Source of the DNA: an uncultured Pseudomonadota bacterium
GTDB taxonomy: Bacteria > Pseudomonadota > Alphaproteobacteria > Rhizobiales > Xanthobacteraceae
NCBI GenBank assembly: GCA_963773305.1
Contig: CAVZAR010000002.1
Location: forward strand, 20,334 to 52,333
DNA: 32,000 bases
Direction of reading: 5' to 3'
The notes below the pieces were generated by a model. That model ran no database searches. It was given only the letters and a program-made list of their open reading frames with translations, and was not told the origin of the DNA. The translations under genes and the position numbers were made by a program. Positions 1-8,404 of this stretch are shown in pieces. Every line of letters starts with the position of its first letter. Positions within the stretch are counted from its first letter, which is position 1.

Positions 1-2
1 CG

Positions 3-1520
3 GTGTCGCCCCTACGTTTCTATTGCCACACTCGCCACATTTATCTTGGCATGGCCTATCTGATCGGCTCCGGATTTCGGGCCGATCTTGGTCCGATTAC
101 CGTTGAGCTGCAAAAGGAATTGTACGGCCGTGTCCGACCCGAAGAGGCCGTGCGTCACAAGCACGACCTCGCCGCCAGTGATGCCTATGTGCGTCCGGGG
201 TTCGGATTGCGGCTTCTCTACGACGTCGTTTCCATTCTTGGCCGTGTTTGGCGGTACGTTCCGGGAGCCGCGTCGCTTCGCCGTCATGCGCTCGATGCCT
301 GCCTAACGCGCATTTTGTTCGAGCAACGTGCAACGGCTTATCAAGGGCTGTCGCCGGTTAACGGGGTGCTCAATACACTGGCGCTCTACGCCCGCGCCCC
401 GATGTCCGAGGACACGCTGGCCAGCTTCGATGGCGTAGAGACCTGGCGCTGGGACGATGAGACGCACGGTACGCGTTATGCCGGCGCCCGCTCGACGACC
501 TGGGACACGAGCTTTGCAATCCAGGCCTTGCTCGCAGGCGGCCCCGAGGCGGCGCTGCGGGAGGCGGGTGGGCTGCGGCGCGCCTACCGCAAGCTTGCCG
601 ACATGCAGATGATCTCCGAGCTCGACGAGGGGGCTGCTCAAGGGCGCGACCCAATCGTAGGCGGTTGGTGTTTCAGCAACGGGGAGCATCGGTGGCCGGT
701 GAGCGACTGTGCGGCTGAAGCCGTGATCGCTCTGCTTGATTGTCACGATGTCCCCGGATTGATTCCACAGAAAGAGCGACTGTCAAAGCCCCGGCTCGTC
801 GACGCCATGGGCTTTATTCTGAGCCGCCAGAACGCCGACGGCGGTTTTGGCACCTACGAACGACGTCGGGGCCAGCGCTTTCTCGAACATTTCAATCCAT
901 CCGAGATGTTCGGTCAATGCATGACCGAGCTTTCCTATCTGGAATGCACGGCTTCGTCGATACGCGCGCTCGGCCGTCTTAAGCGTAATGGCGACTCTGC
1001 TCAGCAGACAAATGCACAAGCCGCGATAGACCGAGGCGTGGCATTCATCTTGGGCCAGCAGAGGGCCGACGGGAGTTGGCCTGGTTTCTGGGGCATCAAC
1101 TTCATCTACGGCACATATTTCGCCCTTGCCGGACTGTTCGAAGCGGGATTGGCATCCGACCATCCGGCCTTCGCGAAAGCGCGTCGATGGCTGCAAAGCA
1201 TCCAGCATGCCGACGGAGGTTGGGGAGAGCACTTCTCTGGCTGCTTGACCGGCACATATTCGGATAATTCGTCAAGTTTGATTATCGGTACGGCCTGGGC
1301 ATGCCTGGGGCTCATGTACGCGCACGACGTTTCGTCGAATGCGCTTGATCGTGGCATCGATTACCTCCGAACGCGGCAGATGCGCGACGGCGGCTGGCCG
1401 CGAGAAGGCGTCAACGGCGTCTTCTTCGGCACGGCGATGCTCGAGTATGCGCTTTACAACAGCTACTTCCCGACAATGGCTTTGGCACTGTTTGGCAGTC
1501 GTCGTCATGGCCGGCATTGA
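3..1520 (+). CDS. Oxidosqualene cyclase (lanosterol/cycloartenol synthase type), 5'-truncated by window edge
   Basis: QW-type repeats are present (RQNADGGFG, QQRADGSWPGFWG, IQHADGGWGEH, RQMRDGGWPREG). The catalytic motif is VSDCAAE, the OSC-type VxDCTAE pattern rather than the DxDDTA of squalene-hopene cyclases. The first residues (..CHTRHIYLGMAYL..) align to the interior of cyclases, so the N-terminus lies upstream of the window. Confidence 0.9.
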   Translation: MSPLRFYCHTRHIYLGMAYLIGSGFRADLGPITVELQKELYGRVRPEEAVRHKHDLAASDAYVRPGFGLRLLYDVVSILGRVWRYVPGAASLRRHALDACLTRILFEQRATAYQGLSPVNGVLNTLALYARAPMSEDTLASFDGVETWRWDDETHGTRYAGARSTTWDTSFAIQALLAGGPEAALREAGGLRRAYRKLADMQMISELDEGAAQGRDPIVGGWCFSNGEHRWPVSDCAAEAVIALLDCHDVPGLIPQKERLSKPRLVDAMGFILSRQNADGGFGTYERRRGQRFLEHFNPSEMFGQCMTELSYLECTASSIRALGRLKRNGDSAQQTNAQAAIDRGVAFILGQQRADGSWPGFWGINFIYGTYFALAGLFEAGLASDHPAFAKARRWLQSIQHADGGWGEHFSGCLTGTYSDNSSSLIIGTAWACLGLMYAHDVSSNALDRGIDYLRTRQMRDGGWPREGVNGVFFGTAMLEYALYNSYFPTMALALFGSRRHGRH

Positions 1521-2841
1521 TTATGACGCGGTCATCGCGGGGGCCGGCGTGGCCGGAGTCGCCGCCGCCGCGGCGTTAAAGGAGCTCGGATGGTCGGTCC
1601 TCGTCATCGAACCTGGTCAACACGATGAGCGGCGCCTTGGCGGCGAATTGATTCATCCGACCGGGGTGATGGCGCTGCGTGAGCTCGGCCTGTTCTCGGA
1701 AGTCGCCTCCGAAGGAGCCGCCTCGATCGCGGGGTTCATTGCATTGCCCGGACGAGACGAAGGCTGGGCAAACATTGCACTTCCTTATTCGCAGCGAGGG
1801 GCGTATGGAACTGCGATCGCCCTCGCTCACGCACGCATCCGCGCAAGCCTGCAGAGGGCCGCTGCCCGGCTCGGCCATGCCGAAATGCTCAAGGGTGGCC
1901 GCGTGGTCGGAGTCGAAGCCGGCCGGATGCCGACGCGAGTTCGCATCCAGCACGCCGGCAGCATCTTAACGGTCAATTGCCGATTGGTCGTCGGCGCCGA
2001 CGGCGCCTCGAGTGCTGTGCGCGCTTTGGCCGGCATTTCGCACTGGCGTCGGCCGGTCTCCGCGGTCACAGGATATGTAATTAGCGACGCAAACCTGCCG
2101 GCCCGCGGATTCGGTCACGTCTTCATCGGCGGCAGCGCGCCATTGCTGGTATATGAAATTGGGGGCGGCCGCGCTCGCGTCCTTTTCGATCAGCCGATTT
2201 CGCAGTCGAACATTCCCCCCGAACAACATCGTAGCAAAGTCATCTCTGCCATTGCCTATCCCAGGCTACGCACCGAGATCGAGGCGGCGGTGGCGGAGCA
2301 GCGGGGTTTGCGATTTGTCAGCGCCGATGTGGTCGTTGAAACCGCCGCGCGCAATGGCGTCGTGCTGGTGGGCGACGCCGGAGGCAGCTGTCATCCGCTC
2401 ACCGCGACCGGAATGACCATCAGCGTGAACGATGCTCTGCGACTTCGCAACGCTTTGCGCGCGGCTGGCGACAACATCGGCGCGGCATTGTCGCGATATG
2501 GACGAGGCCGGAGACTTCCGCAGCGTACGCGTCTGCTGGTGGCATCCGCGCTGCACGATGCCTTCAGCGGGACAAGGCCTGAGCATCAGCTGATACGTGC
2601 GGGGCTCATCCGATATTGGCTGCGTGACGCGCGCGGCCGGCGGGCTTCGATGGACATCTTGGCTATGAGCGACGTTCGCCTGCTCTCCGCGTTGCGCGAA
2701 ATCCTCGTCGTCGTTCGGCATGGTATCGCGGCGAAGTCGGCTGGCTGGTCAATCGGCCGCGTCGGCGCCGGCTTGCGGCTGATGGCGGGTGTTACCGGCG
2801 TTGTCATGCGCCAGCTCAGTTTCGCGATGCGCGCCAAGTAG
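1507..2841 (+). CDS. Squalene monooxygenase (squalene epoxidase), FAD-dependent
   Basis: The ATG at 1507 gives MAGIDYDAVIAGAGVAGVAAAAAL, a GxGxxG dinucleotide fold. A GDAGGSCHPLTATGMT motif typical of the squalene epoxidase family is present. The track start at 1339 lies inside the cyclase gene and was rejected. The chosen start overlaps the cyclase stop by 14 nt. Confidence 0.85.
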   Translation: MAGIDYDAVIAGAGVAGVAAAAALKELGWSVLVIEPGQHDERRLGGELIHPTGVMALRELGLFSEVASEGAASIAGFIALPGRDEGWANIALPYSQRGAYGTAIALAHARIRASLQRAAARLGHAEMLKGGRVVGVEAGRMPTRVRIQHAGSILTVNCRLVVGADGASSAVRALAGISHWRRPVSAVTGYVISDANLPARGFGHVFIGGSAPLLVYEIGGGRARVLFDQPISQSNIPPEQHRSKVISAIAYPRLRTEIEAAVAEQRGLRFVSADVVVETAARNGVVLVGDAGGSCHPLTATGMTISVNDALRLRNALRAAGDNIGAALSRYGRGRRLPQRTRLLVASALHDAFSGTRPEHQLIRAGLIRYWLRDARGRRASMDILAMSDVRLLSALREILVVVRHGIAAKSAGWSIGRVGAGLRLMAGVTGVVMRQLSFAMRAK

Positions 2842-2852
2842 GGCACACCACC

Positions 2853-3881
2853 ATGATCCTGGTCACCGGCGCTGGCGGACATCTTGGTGCGAACCTGCTG
2901 CGAAGGCTGTTGGCCGACGGCCAGCAGGTGCGGGCCATGTTGCATACCGAGCGAGACCGGCCGAGCGTGGAAGGGCTTGTCGTCGATGTCTTCGTGGGCG
3001 ACCTGCGCGACCCGAGAGCGGCCGAAACGGCCGCGCGCGGCTGCCGGCAGATCTATCATTGCGCTGCCAAGGTATCGACGACCTATGCGAACCGCGACGA
3101 TATTTTCGACGCAAACGTGATCGCGACGCGCAACGTCCTGCGCGCCGCAAAAGCGAGCGGGGTCGAAAAGGTCGTAGTCACGGGCTCGTTCAGCGCTGTA
3201 GGCGTCCGCGACGACGGTCCGAGCGACGAAAATGACCCGTTCAACCCGCTGCAGCCTCACTTGCCGTACGGCTTCACCAAGGCTGCCGTCGAACACGAGT
3301 GTCTGAAGGCTTTCGCCGATGGGGTCCCCGTCGTGGTCGCGGTGTCGACCGCGATTGTCGGGCCCAACGATTTCAAGCCGTCGCGCATGGGGCAGGTGCT
3401 GATCCGCTTCGCTTCAGGGCGGCTGCACGCCTATGTGCCGGGCGGTTTCCCCTTCGTTGCCGCCGAGGACATTGTGCAAGGTCACTTGCTTGCCATGACC
3501 AAGGGTCGGCCTGGACAGAAATACATTTTCGCAACTTCGTTCATGAGTTTCGACGATCTGATGCAAATGTTTTCCCAGGTTACCGGGCGTCCGGCTCCGC
3601 GGCTGCGCATTCCGCCGGAGTTGATGGGTGCCCTCGCGCAGGTCGCCGGTGCGCTGCTGCCGTATCTCAAGCCGAACAGCGAGCAATTGTTGACGCCCGC
3701 GGCCATACGCATTCTACGCATGAATCGGAAGGCCGACATCAGCAAAGCACAGAGCGAGTTGGGTTTCCGGCCCACGAGCATCGAGCGCGCCATTCGCCAG
3801 GCCCATGACTGGTTCGTGGCCCGGGGAGTGATCGCCGCCCCGGTCGGTTCGGCGGCCCGGTTAGTGGAAGCGTCGCGATGA
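2853..3881 (+). CDS. NAD(P)-dependent epimerase/dehydratase (3beta-HSD / sterol C-4 decarboxylase-reductase type; SdmB-like)
   Basis: N-terminal Rossmann motif ILVTGAGGHLGANL and a YxxxK catalytic dyad (YGFTK). It sits between squalene epoxidase and CYP51, and its stop overlaps the CYP51 start by 4 nt. Confidence 0.7.
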   Translation: MILVTGAGGHLGANLLRRLLADGQQVRAMLHTERDRPSVEGLVVDVFVGDLRDPRAAETAARGCRQIYHCAAKVSTTYANRDDIFDANVIATRNVLRAAKASGVEKVVVTGSFSAVGVRDDGPSDENDPFNPLQPHLPYGFTKAAVEHECLKAFADGVPVVVAVSTAIVGPNDFKPSRMGQVLIRFASGRLHAYVPGGFPFVAAEDIVQGHLLAMTKGRPGQKYIFATSFMSFDDLMQMFSQVTGRPAPRLRIPPELMGALAQVAGALLPYLKPNSEQLLTPAAIRILRMNRKADISKAQSELGFRPTSIERAIRQAHDWFVARGVIAAPVGSAARLVEASR

Positions 3882-5227
3882 AAACGGTTCCGATGGTCGC
3901 CGGCGGCTTGCCTTATATCGGCCACGCGCTGGCCTTTAACCGGAATCCCGTAGAATTCTTGCAAAACGGCAAGGCGCTGCACGGCGACCTGTTTCGTTTC
4001 CGGCTGCTGGGGAACACCGTCTATGCACTGATGTCGAGTCGGGGCAACGAAGCGGTGTTTCGCGCCTCCGATGGCGTACTCGATTTCCGCGAAGCTTACC
4101 GCTTCACAATCCCGATTTTCGGCAAGGGTGTCGCCTATGATGTTGCGCCCGAGCTGATGGATCAGCAACTCGAGTTAATCCATCCCGGCCTGCGCGACGA
4201 GGCGATGCAGAATTATGCCGGGATCATGGCCGATGAAGTCGAGCGCTTCGCCACACGTCTTGGCGGCGGAGGCGAGATTGATCTCTTGACCGCGCTCAAT
4301 GAGCTCACGACCTTTATCGCCGGCCGTTGCCTCCTCGGCGAAGAGTTCAGAAGCCGTTTGTCGGCGGAATTCGCAGGGCTTTACCGCGATCTCGAGGGCG
4401 GCATCAATCTCGTCGCGTTTGTTGCGCCGTATTTCCCTACCGCCAAAAACCGACGCCGCGACCGGGCTCGGCGCGAGGTCGCCGCGATAATCGCCGATCT
4501 CATCGCAGGCCGTCGCCGCAGTGAAAAGGGGGAAGACGACTTCCTTTCCGTCCTGATGGCGGCGCGCTACGCCGACGGCACATCGTTGACGGACGATGCC
4601 ATCGCCGGCCTGCTGCTCACCCTGCTGTTTGCCGGCCAGCACACCAGCGCCGTCATGGCATCATGGTTGGGCGTGATGCTATCCAAGCATCGTGATCATG
4701 GAGCGGCCGTCGCCCGCGAAGCATCCGACATGCTCGGCAGTGAAGTTCGTCTGGCCAAGCTGAAGCGGATGCGGTTGATGGAATATTGCCTGAAAGAAGT
4801 GGAGCGGCTTTACCCGCCCCTCGTCATGCTGATGCGGAAGACGGTGCAGCCATTCTCGGTCGGCGACATCGTCATACCGCCGGGCAATCTGGTCATGGTA
4901 TCGCCCGGCGTGAGCCATCGCCAGCGCGAGGTCTTTCGAAATCCCGATGTTTTCGATCCAGCCCGTTTTGCGCCGCCGCGCGAAGAGGATCGCAAAACGC
5001 CTTATTCGCTGATCGGGTTCGGTGGAGGCAAGCATCGGTGCATCGGCATGGCGTTCGCCCATCAGCAGATCAAGGTCATCTGGGGCATTCTCCTGCAGCG
5101 TTTCGAATTCGAGCTGGTCGAGCCACAGGTCGAGCCCGACTATGCGACCTTTGTGGTGGGTCCGCGGCAGCCATGCCGCGTACGTTACCGCCGCCGGCAG
5201 TCCGAATCCTTGGCTGAGGCAAGCTGA
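3878..5227 (+). CDS. cyp51: Cytochrome P450 sterol 14-alpha-demethylase (CYP51)
   Basis: Heme-thiolate motif FGGGKHRCIGMAFA, CYP51-specific I-helix signature AGQHTS (LLFAGQHTSAV), and B'-helix signature YRFTIPIFGKGVAYDV. Confidence 0.9.
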   Translation: MKTVPMVAGGLPYIGHALAFNRNPVEFLQNGKALHGDLFRFRLLGNTVYALMSSRGNEAVFRASDGVLDFREAYRFTIPIFGKGVAYDVAPELMDQQLELIHPGLRDEAMQNYAGIMADEVERFATRLGGGGEIDLLTALNELTTFIAGRCLLGEEFRSRLSAEFAGLYRDLEGGINLVAFVAPYFPTAKNRRRDRARREVAAIIADLIAGRRRSEKGEDDFLSVLMAARYADGTSLTDDAIAGLLLTLLFAGQHTSAVMASWLGVMLSKHRDHGAAVAREASDMLGSEVRLAKLKRMRLMEYCLKEVERLYPPLVMLMRKTVQPFSVGDIVIPPGNLVMVSPGVSHRQREVFRNPDVFDPARFAPPREEDRKTPYSLIGFGGGKHRCIGMAFAHQQIKVIWGILLQRFEFELVEPQVEPDYATFVVGPRQPCRVRYRRRQSESLAEAS

Positions 5228-6840
5228 TGCGCACGCCCCGACCGATCGACTGGTTTCTCATTGGGCTCGTGGTGTTCTTCATTGCGTTCAACGCTACGGT
5301 TGATCGCTATTGGGTGACGCATGCGCACGAATTGCCGGCGCTGACCAAGACCGACCTTTTCGCGCGCATGTTCCAACATTATGCAGCCGCCGACCGAGGC
5401 TATTTCGACGAGGTCACCCAGGCCGAACTTGCGCTGGAAACGATCAACAGCACAATCACGCAAGCCTTCAACATCTGGCTGCTGATCGCGCTGTTCGCGC
5501 GCTGGCCGGTGCGCGTGCCGTTGCAGATCGCGATCGGCTCCTGGGTATCGTATTCGGTCTTGTTCAACTGGTGGTGCGCCCTGATCGCCGGTTTTCCCGG
5601 CATGGATCACAAGACGCCATGGAACTTCATCGTTTTGGTTGGAGCCAATCTGCCGTGGCTGGCTGGCCATCTCTACATCGCTTTCGCTGGCGCCCGCGAA
5701 TTCTTAAAGGTCGAGCCGCTCCCCGCCCCCGCCATGCGGAAGACCGCGCCGCTACCTCCCGATTTCTCCACGGCGCGCAATCTTCGCCAGAAAGCCCGCG
5801 CCGCGGGGCTTGACCCCGACCATTGGTACGCCTTCACGCGCGCCAAAGATCTCAAGCCGGGACAGGTGGTGGCTTCGAGCTTCCAAGGCGAAGCGATCGC
5901 GATCTATCGCGCTGCCGATGGCAAAGTTCGCGCCATGACCGACCGCTGCCTGCATCGCGGCATTCGGCTGTCGTTGGGCGAGGTGAGGGACTGCGGGCTC
6001 GTCTGCGCCTACCACGGTTGGGCCTATGGTGAAGATGGTAAGCTCGTCGATGTTGCGCACGAAAGGTTTGGCCGACCGCTGCCGGACGTCGGCGTCAGGG
6101 TATTCCCCGTGCGCGAGCGCTACGGCTTGATCTGGGTCTTTCCCGGCGATGCGGTGCGCGCCGAATCTGTGCCCATGCCCGAAATTCCGGAGATCGAGGG
6201 CCCGGATGCGTGGGCCTTCACGGCAATTGAATATACCTGGGATGCGCACCACTCGATCATCATCGATAACCTCAGTGATCTCACGCACGCCTATCTTCAC
6301 CGCCGCTACCGGCCGTTCCACGATCCCGTCCTGACGAAAAACGAGCCCAGCGATAACTCGGTGTACTGCATCTACGAATTGTCATTGCTAGACGGTCCGA
6401 TGAAGCGTCTGATCGACCGCGGCGCCAAGATGGACCTGATGGAGTTGTGCCTCGAGTACCCCTACCAGTGGGGCAATACCGGCGGTCGTGTAAAGCATTG
6501 GGTTTTTCTGACGCCGTTAAACGACCATCAAACGCGCGTCTACTTTATCTTCTATTTCAATCAGGTACAGGTGCCTTTCACGCCCTTTCATTTTCCGCAG
6601 CGGGTGATGGGCTGGGTGATCGGCATCTTCAACCCGATCTTCATCAAGCCGGTGACGAGTCAGGACGGCGATGCCGTCGCATGGGAACAGGAGGGCTACG
6701 ACACCGAGTTGGGCCGTCCCGTCATCGAACTCAATCCGGCGGTCGCCCAGTTCCAGCAGTTGATCGTGCGCAAGTGGCAGAACTATCTCGACCGCGTCTC
6801 CGGCGGGTCGGCTGCGAAGCATGAAAGCGCATTGACATGA
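5227..6840 (+). CDS. Fusion protein: N-terminal EBP/EXPERA-like 4-TM domain plus C-terminal Rieske [2Fe-2S] non-heme iron oxygenase (SdmA-like candidate sterol C-4 methyl oxidase)
   Basis: Rieske motif CLHRG...(17)...CAYHGW and a downstream DNLSDLTHAYLH metal-binding-like motif. The first ~165 aa are hydrophobic and paralogous to the next gene (shared ADRGYFDEV, RWP, YSV, NLPWL). The start overlaps the CYP51 stop (TGATG). Confidence 0.75.
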   Translation: MRTPRPIDWFLIGLVVFFIAFNATVDRYWVTHAHELPALTKTDLFARMFQHYAAADRGYFDEVTQAELALETINSTITQAFNIWLLIALFARWPVRVPLQIAIGSWVSYSVLFNWWCALIAGFPGMDHKTPWNFIVLVGANLPWLAGHLYIAFAGAREFLKVEPLPAPAMRKTAPLPPDFSTARNLRQKARAAGLDPDHWYAFTRAKDLKPGQVVASSFQGEAIAIYRAADGKVRAMTDRCLHRGIRLSLGEVRDCGLVCAYHGWAYGEDGKLVDVAHERFGRPLPDVGVRVFPVRERYGLIWVFPGDAVRAESVPMPEIPEIEGPDAWAFTAIEYTWDAHHSIIIDNLSDLTHAYLHRRYRPFHDPVLTKNEPSDNSVYCIYELSLLDGPMKRLIDRGAKMDLMELCLEYPYQWGNTGGRVKHWVFLTPLNDHQTRVYFIFYFNQVQVPFTPFHFPQRVMGWVIGIFNPIFIKPVTSQDGDAVAWEQEGYDTELGRPVIELNPAVAQFQQLIVRKWQNYLDRVSGGSAAKHESALT

Positions 6841-7334
6841 TGCGCACCGACAAAATAGCGCTCTCGTTAATCGCCTTCTTTGTCGTCGTGGCGCTGACGA
6901 TCGAACTGTATTGGCTTGTCCATGCCTTCGATTTGGCGAGCAGCAATAGTTGGCTCGCCCGCGGCTTCGCATTTTACGGCCGAGGCGACCGCGGCTACTT
7001 CGACGAGGTGAGCTGGTTCGAGGTCGGGCTCGAAAGCTTCAACATCATTTTCACGGTTCCGGTGTATCTCGTGTTGGGATATGCGATCGTCGCCGGGCGC
7101 GGGTTCCGCTGGCCCTTGCAGCTTTGTCTGGGTGCTTACACGACTTATTCCGTCGTGCTCTACCTGACGGCAAAGCATGTCACCGGCTATGTCGAGATGC
7201 CGAAACACGACCTCGCGTCGTTTCTAATTCTGTACGTTCCCAACCTTCCTTGGCTCTTTGGAAACGGGTATCTGACGCTCGATGCGGCAAGGGTCATCCT
7301 CCGCGCTGTGCGATTGCGCGAAAGGGGGGCGTGA
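6837..7334 (+). CDS. EBP-like (emopamil-binding-protein / sterol Delta8-Delta7 isomerase family) small membrane protein
   Basis: 165 aa with about 4 hydrophobic helices. YGRGDRGYFDEV resembles the EBP Y-x-K-G-D-S-R-Y segment. LESFN, RWPLQLCLGAYTTYSVVLYL and NLPWLFGNGYLTLDA align, from memory, to EBP METIT, ...LQLVVSVGQIYGDVLYF and NALWLVLPGVLVLDA. ATGA overlap with the upstream gene and TGATG overlap with the downstream gene. Confidence 0.65.
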   Translation: MMRTDKIALSLIAFFVVVALTIELYWLVHAFDLASSNSWLARGFAFYGRGDRGYFDEVSWFEVGLESFNIIFTVPVYLVLGYAIVAGRGFRWPLQLCLGAYTTYSVVLYLTAKHVTGYVEMPKHDLASFLILYVPNLPWLFGNGYLTLDAARVILRAVRLRERGA

Positions 7335-8401
7335 TGCAGTTCGCGCCGGTGACCTTGCAATCTGTCGGCCTTTCGGTACTCGGCATCGCGGGTTTTATTG
7401 TTGCCTTATTCGTATCGTCGCTCGTGGTGCCGGGTCCGGAATACGAGGTGACGGCCCGCGGCGGCGAGCGCATTCGCTACCGGCTCAATGGCTTGGCGCT
7501 GCTCGCAATAACGATCGCGATAGCGGCGCTCGCGCAATGGCGTGGACCCGGTCTGGCGCCGCTGGCGCGAGACATCTGGTCGCTTTTTATCGCGGCGAAC
7601 TTGTTGGCTTGGCCGGCGGCCTTCCTGCTGGTCGCCCGCGCGGGAGCGTGGCGGAAGAGCAGCGTCGCCGATTATTTCTACGGGGTCGAGAGGAACCCGC
7701 AGCTCTTCGGCATCGATTTGAAAATGTTCTCCTATCGTCCGTCGTTGATCGGGCTCGCGCTCGTCAACGCCTCTTTTGCGGCGTGGCAGTGGCAGGTCGC
7801 CGGGACGCTCAGCCTGGCGATGACCTGCTATCAGGTTTTCACGCTGCTCTATATCGTGAACTATTTCCAGTTCGAGAGCGGCATGCTTTTCACCTGGGAC
7901 ATCATCGAAGAAAAGTTCGGCTGGATGCTGGTTTGGGGCGACTATGTGCTGGTGCCCTTTTTCTACGCTTTGCCGGCCGCGTTCGTGCTTTCGCGGCCGG
8001 GTGATGTGACCTTCGCCGGAGCGGCGGCGCTCGCGGTGCTTTACCTGCTGGGTTTTTGGATTTTCCGCGGCGCCAATTCCCAGAAGCATCGCTTCAAGCG
8101 CCAGCCGGGCGCGCCGGTGTGGGGGCGTTCGCCCAGCGTCATCGGGGGCAAATTGCTCGCTTCGGGCTTTTGGGGCATCGGCCGCAAGCTCAACTACACC
8201 GGCGAATTCCTGATGTACCTGAGCTGGACGCTGCTGGCGGGCTTCCGGTCCGTTGTGCCGTATCTGCTGCTGCTGTGGCTGCTGCTGCTGCTTATGCAGC
8301 GCGCCAGCCGCGACGACCGCCGCTGCCGCGAAAAATATGGCCAGCTTTGGGATGAGTACTGCCGCAAGGCGCGGTTTCGAATGTTTCCGTACATCTATTG
8401 A
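7334..8401 (+). CDS. Sterol reductase, ERG4/ERG24 family (C-14 reductase most likely; DHCR7 or C-24(28) reductase not excluded)
   Basis: Family signatures LLASGFWGIGRKLNYTGEFLMYLSW and the C-terminal RDDRRCREKYGQLWDEYCRKARFRMFPYIY. The chosen start is the ATG at 7334 (MQFAPVTLQ...). The track's 6950 start would overlap the whole EBP-like gene. Confidence 0.85.
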   Translation: MQFAPVTLQSVGLSVLGIAGFIVALFVSSLVVPGPEYEVTARGGERIRYRLNGLALLAITIAIAALAQWRGPGLAPLARDIWSLFIAANLLAWPAAFLLVARAGAWRKSSVADYFYGVERNPQLFGIDLKMFSYRPSLIGLALVNASFAAWQWQVAGTLSLAMTCYQVFTLLYIVNYFQFESGMLFTWDIIEEKFGWMLVWGDYVLVPFFYALPAAFVLSRPGDVTFAGAAALAVLYLLGFWIFRGANSQKHRFKRQPGAPVWGRSPSVIGGKLLASGFWGIGRKLNYTGEFLMYLSWTLLAGFRSVVPYLLLLWLLLLLMQRASRDDRRCREKYGQLWDEYCRKARFRMFPYIY

Positions 8402-8404
8402 GGC

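Noticed and set aside
1339-1506. Upstream extension of the squalene epoxidase ORF (track start 1339)
   Set aside because: The extension lies entirely within the cyclase coding frame and translates to non-homologous sequence. The FAD fold begins right after ATG 1507.
3-1520. Possibility that the cyclase is a squalene-hopene cyclase (hopanoid pathway)
   Set aside because: The catalytic motif is VSDCAAE (OSC type), not DxDDTA. The gene is also coupled to squalene epoxidase, CYP51 and SMT, which only make sense for sterols.
6950-7333. 128-codon N-terminal extension of the sterol reductase ORF
   Set aside because: It overlaps the EBP-like gene in another frame and is Arg-rich. ATG 7334 forms a TGATG junction consistent with the rest of the operon.
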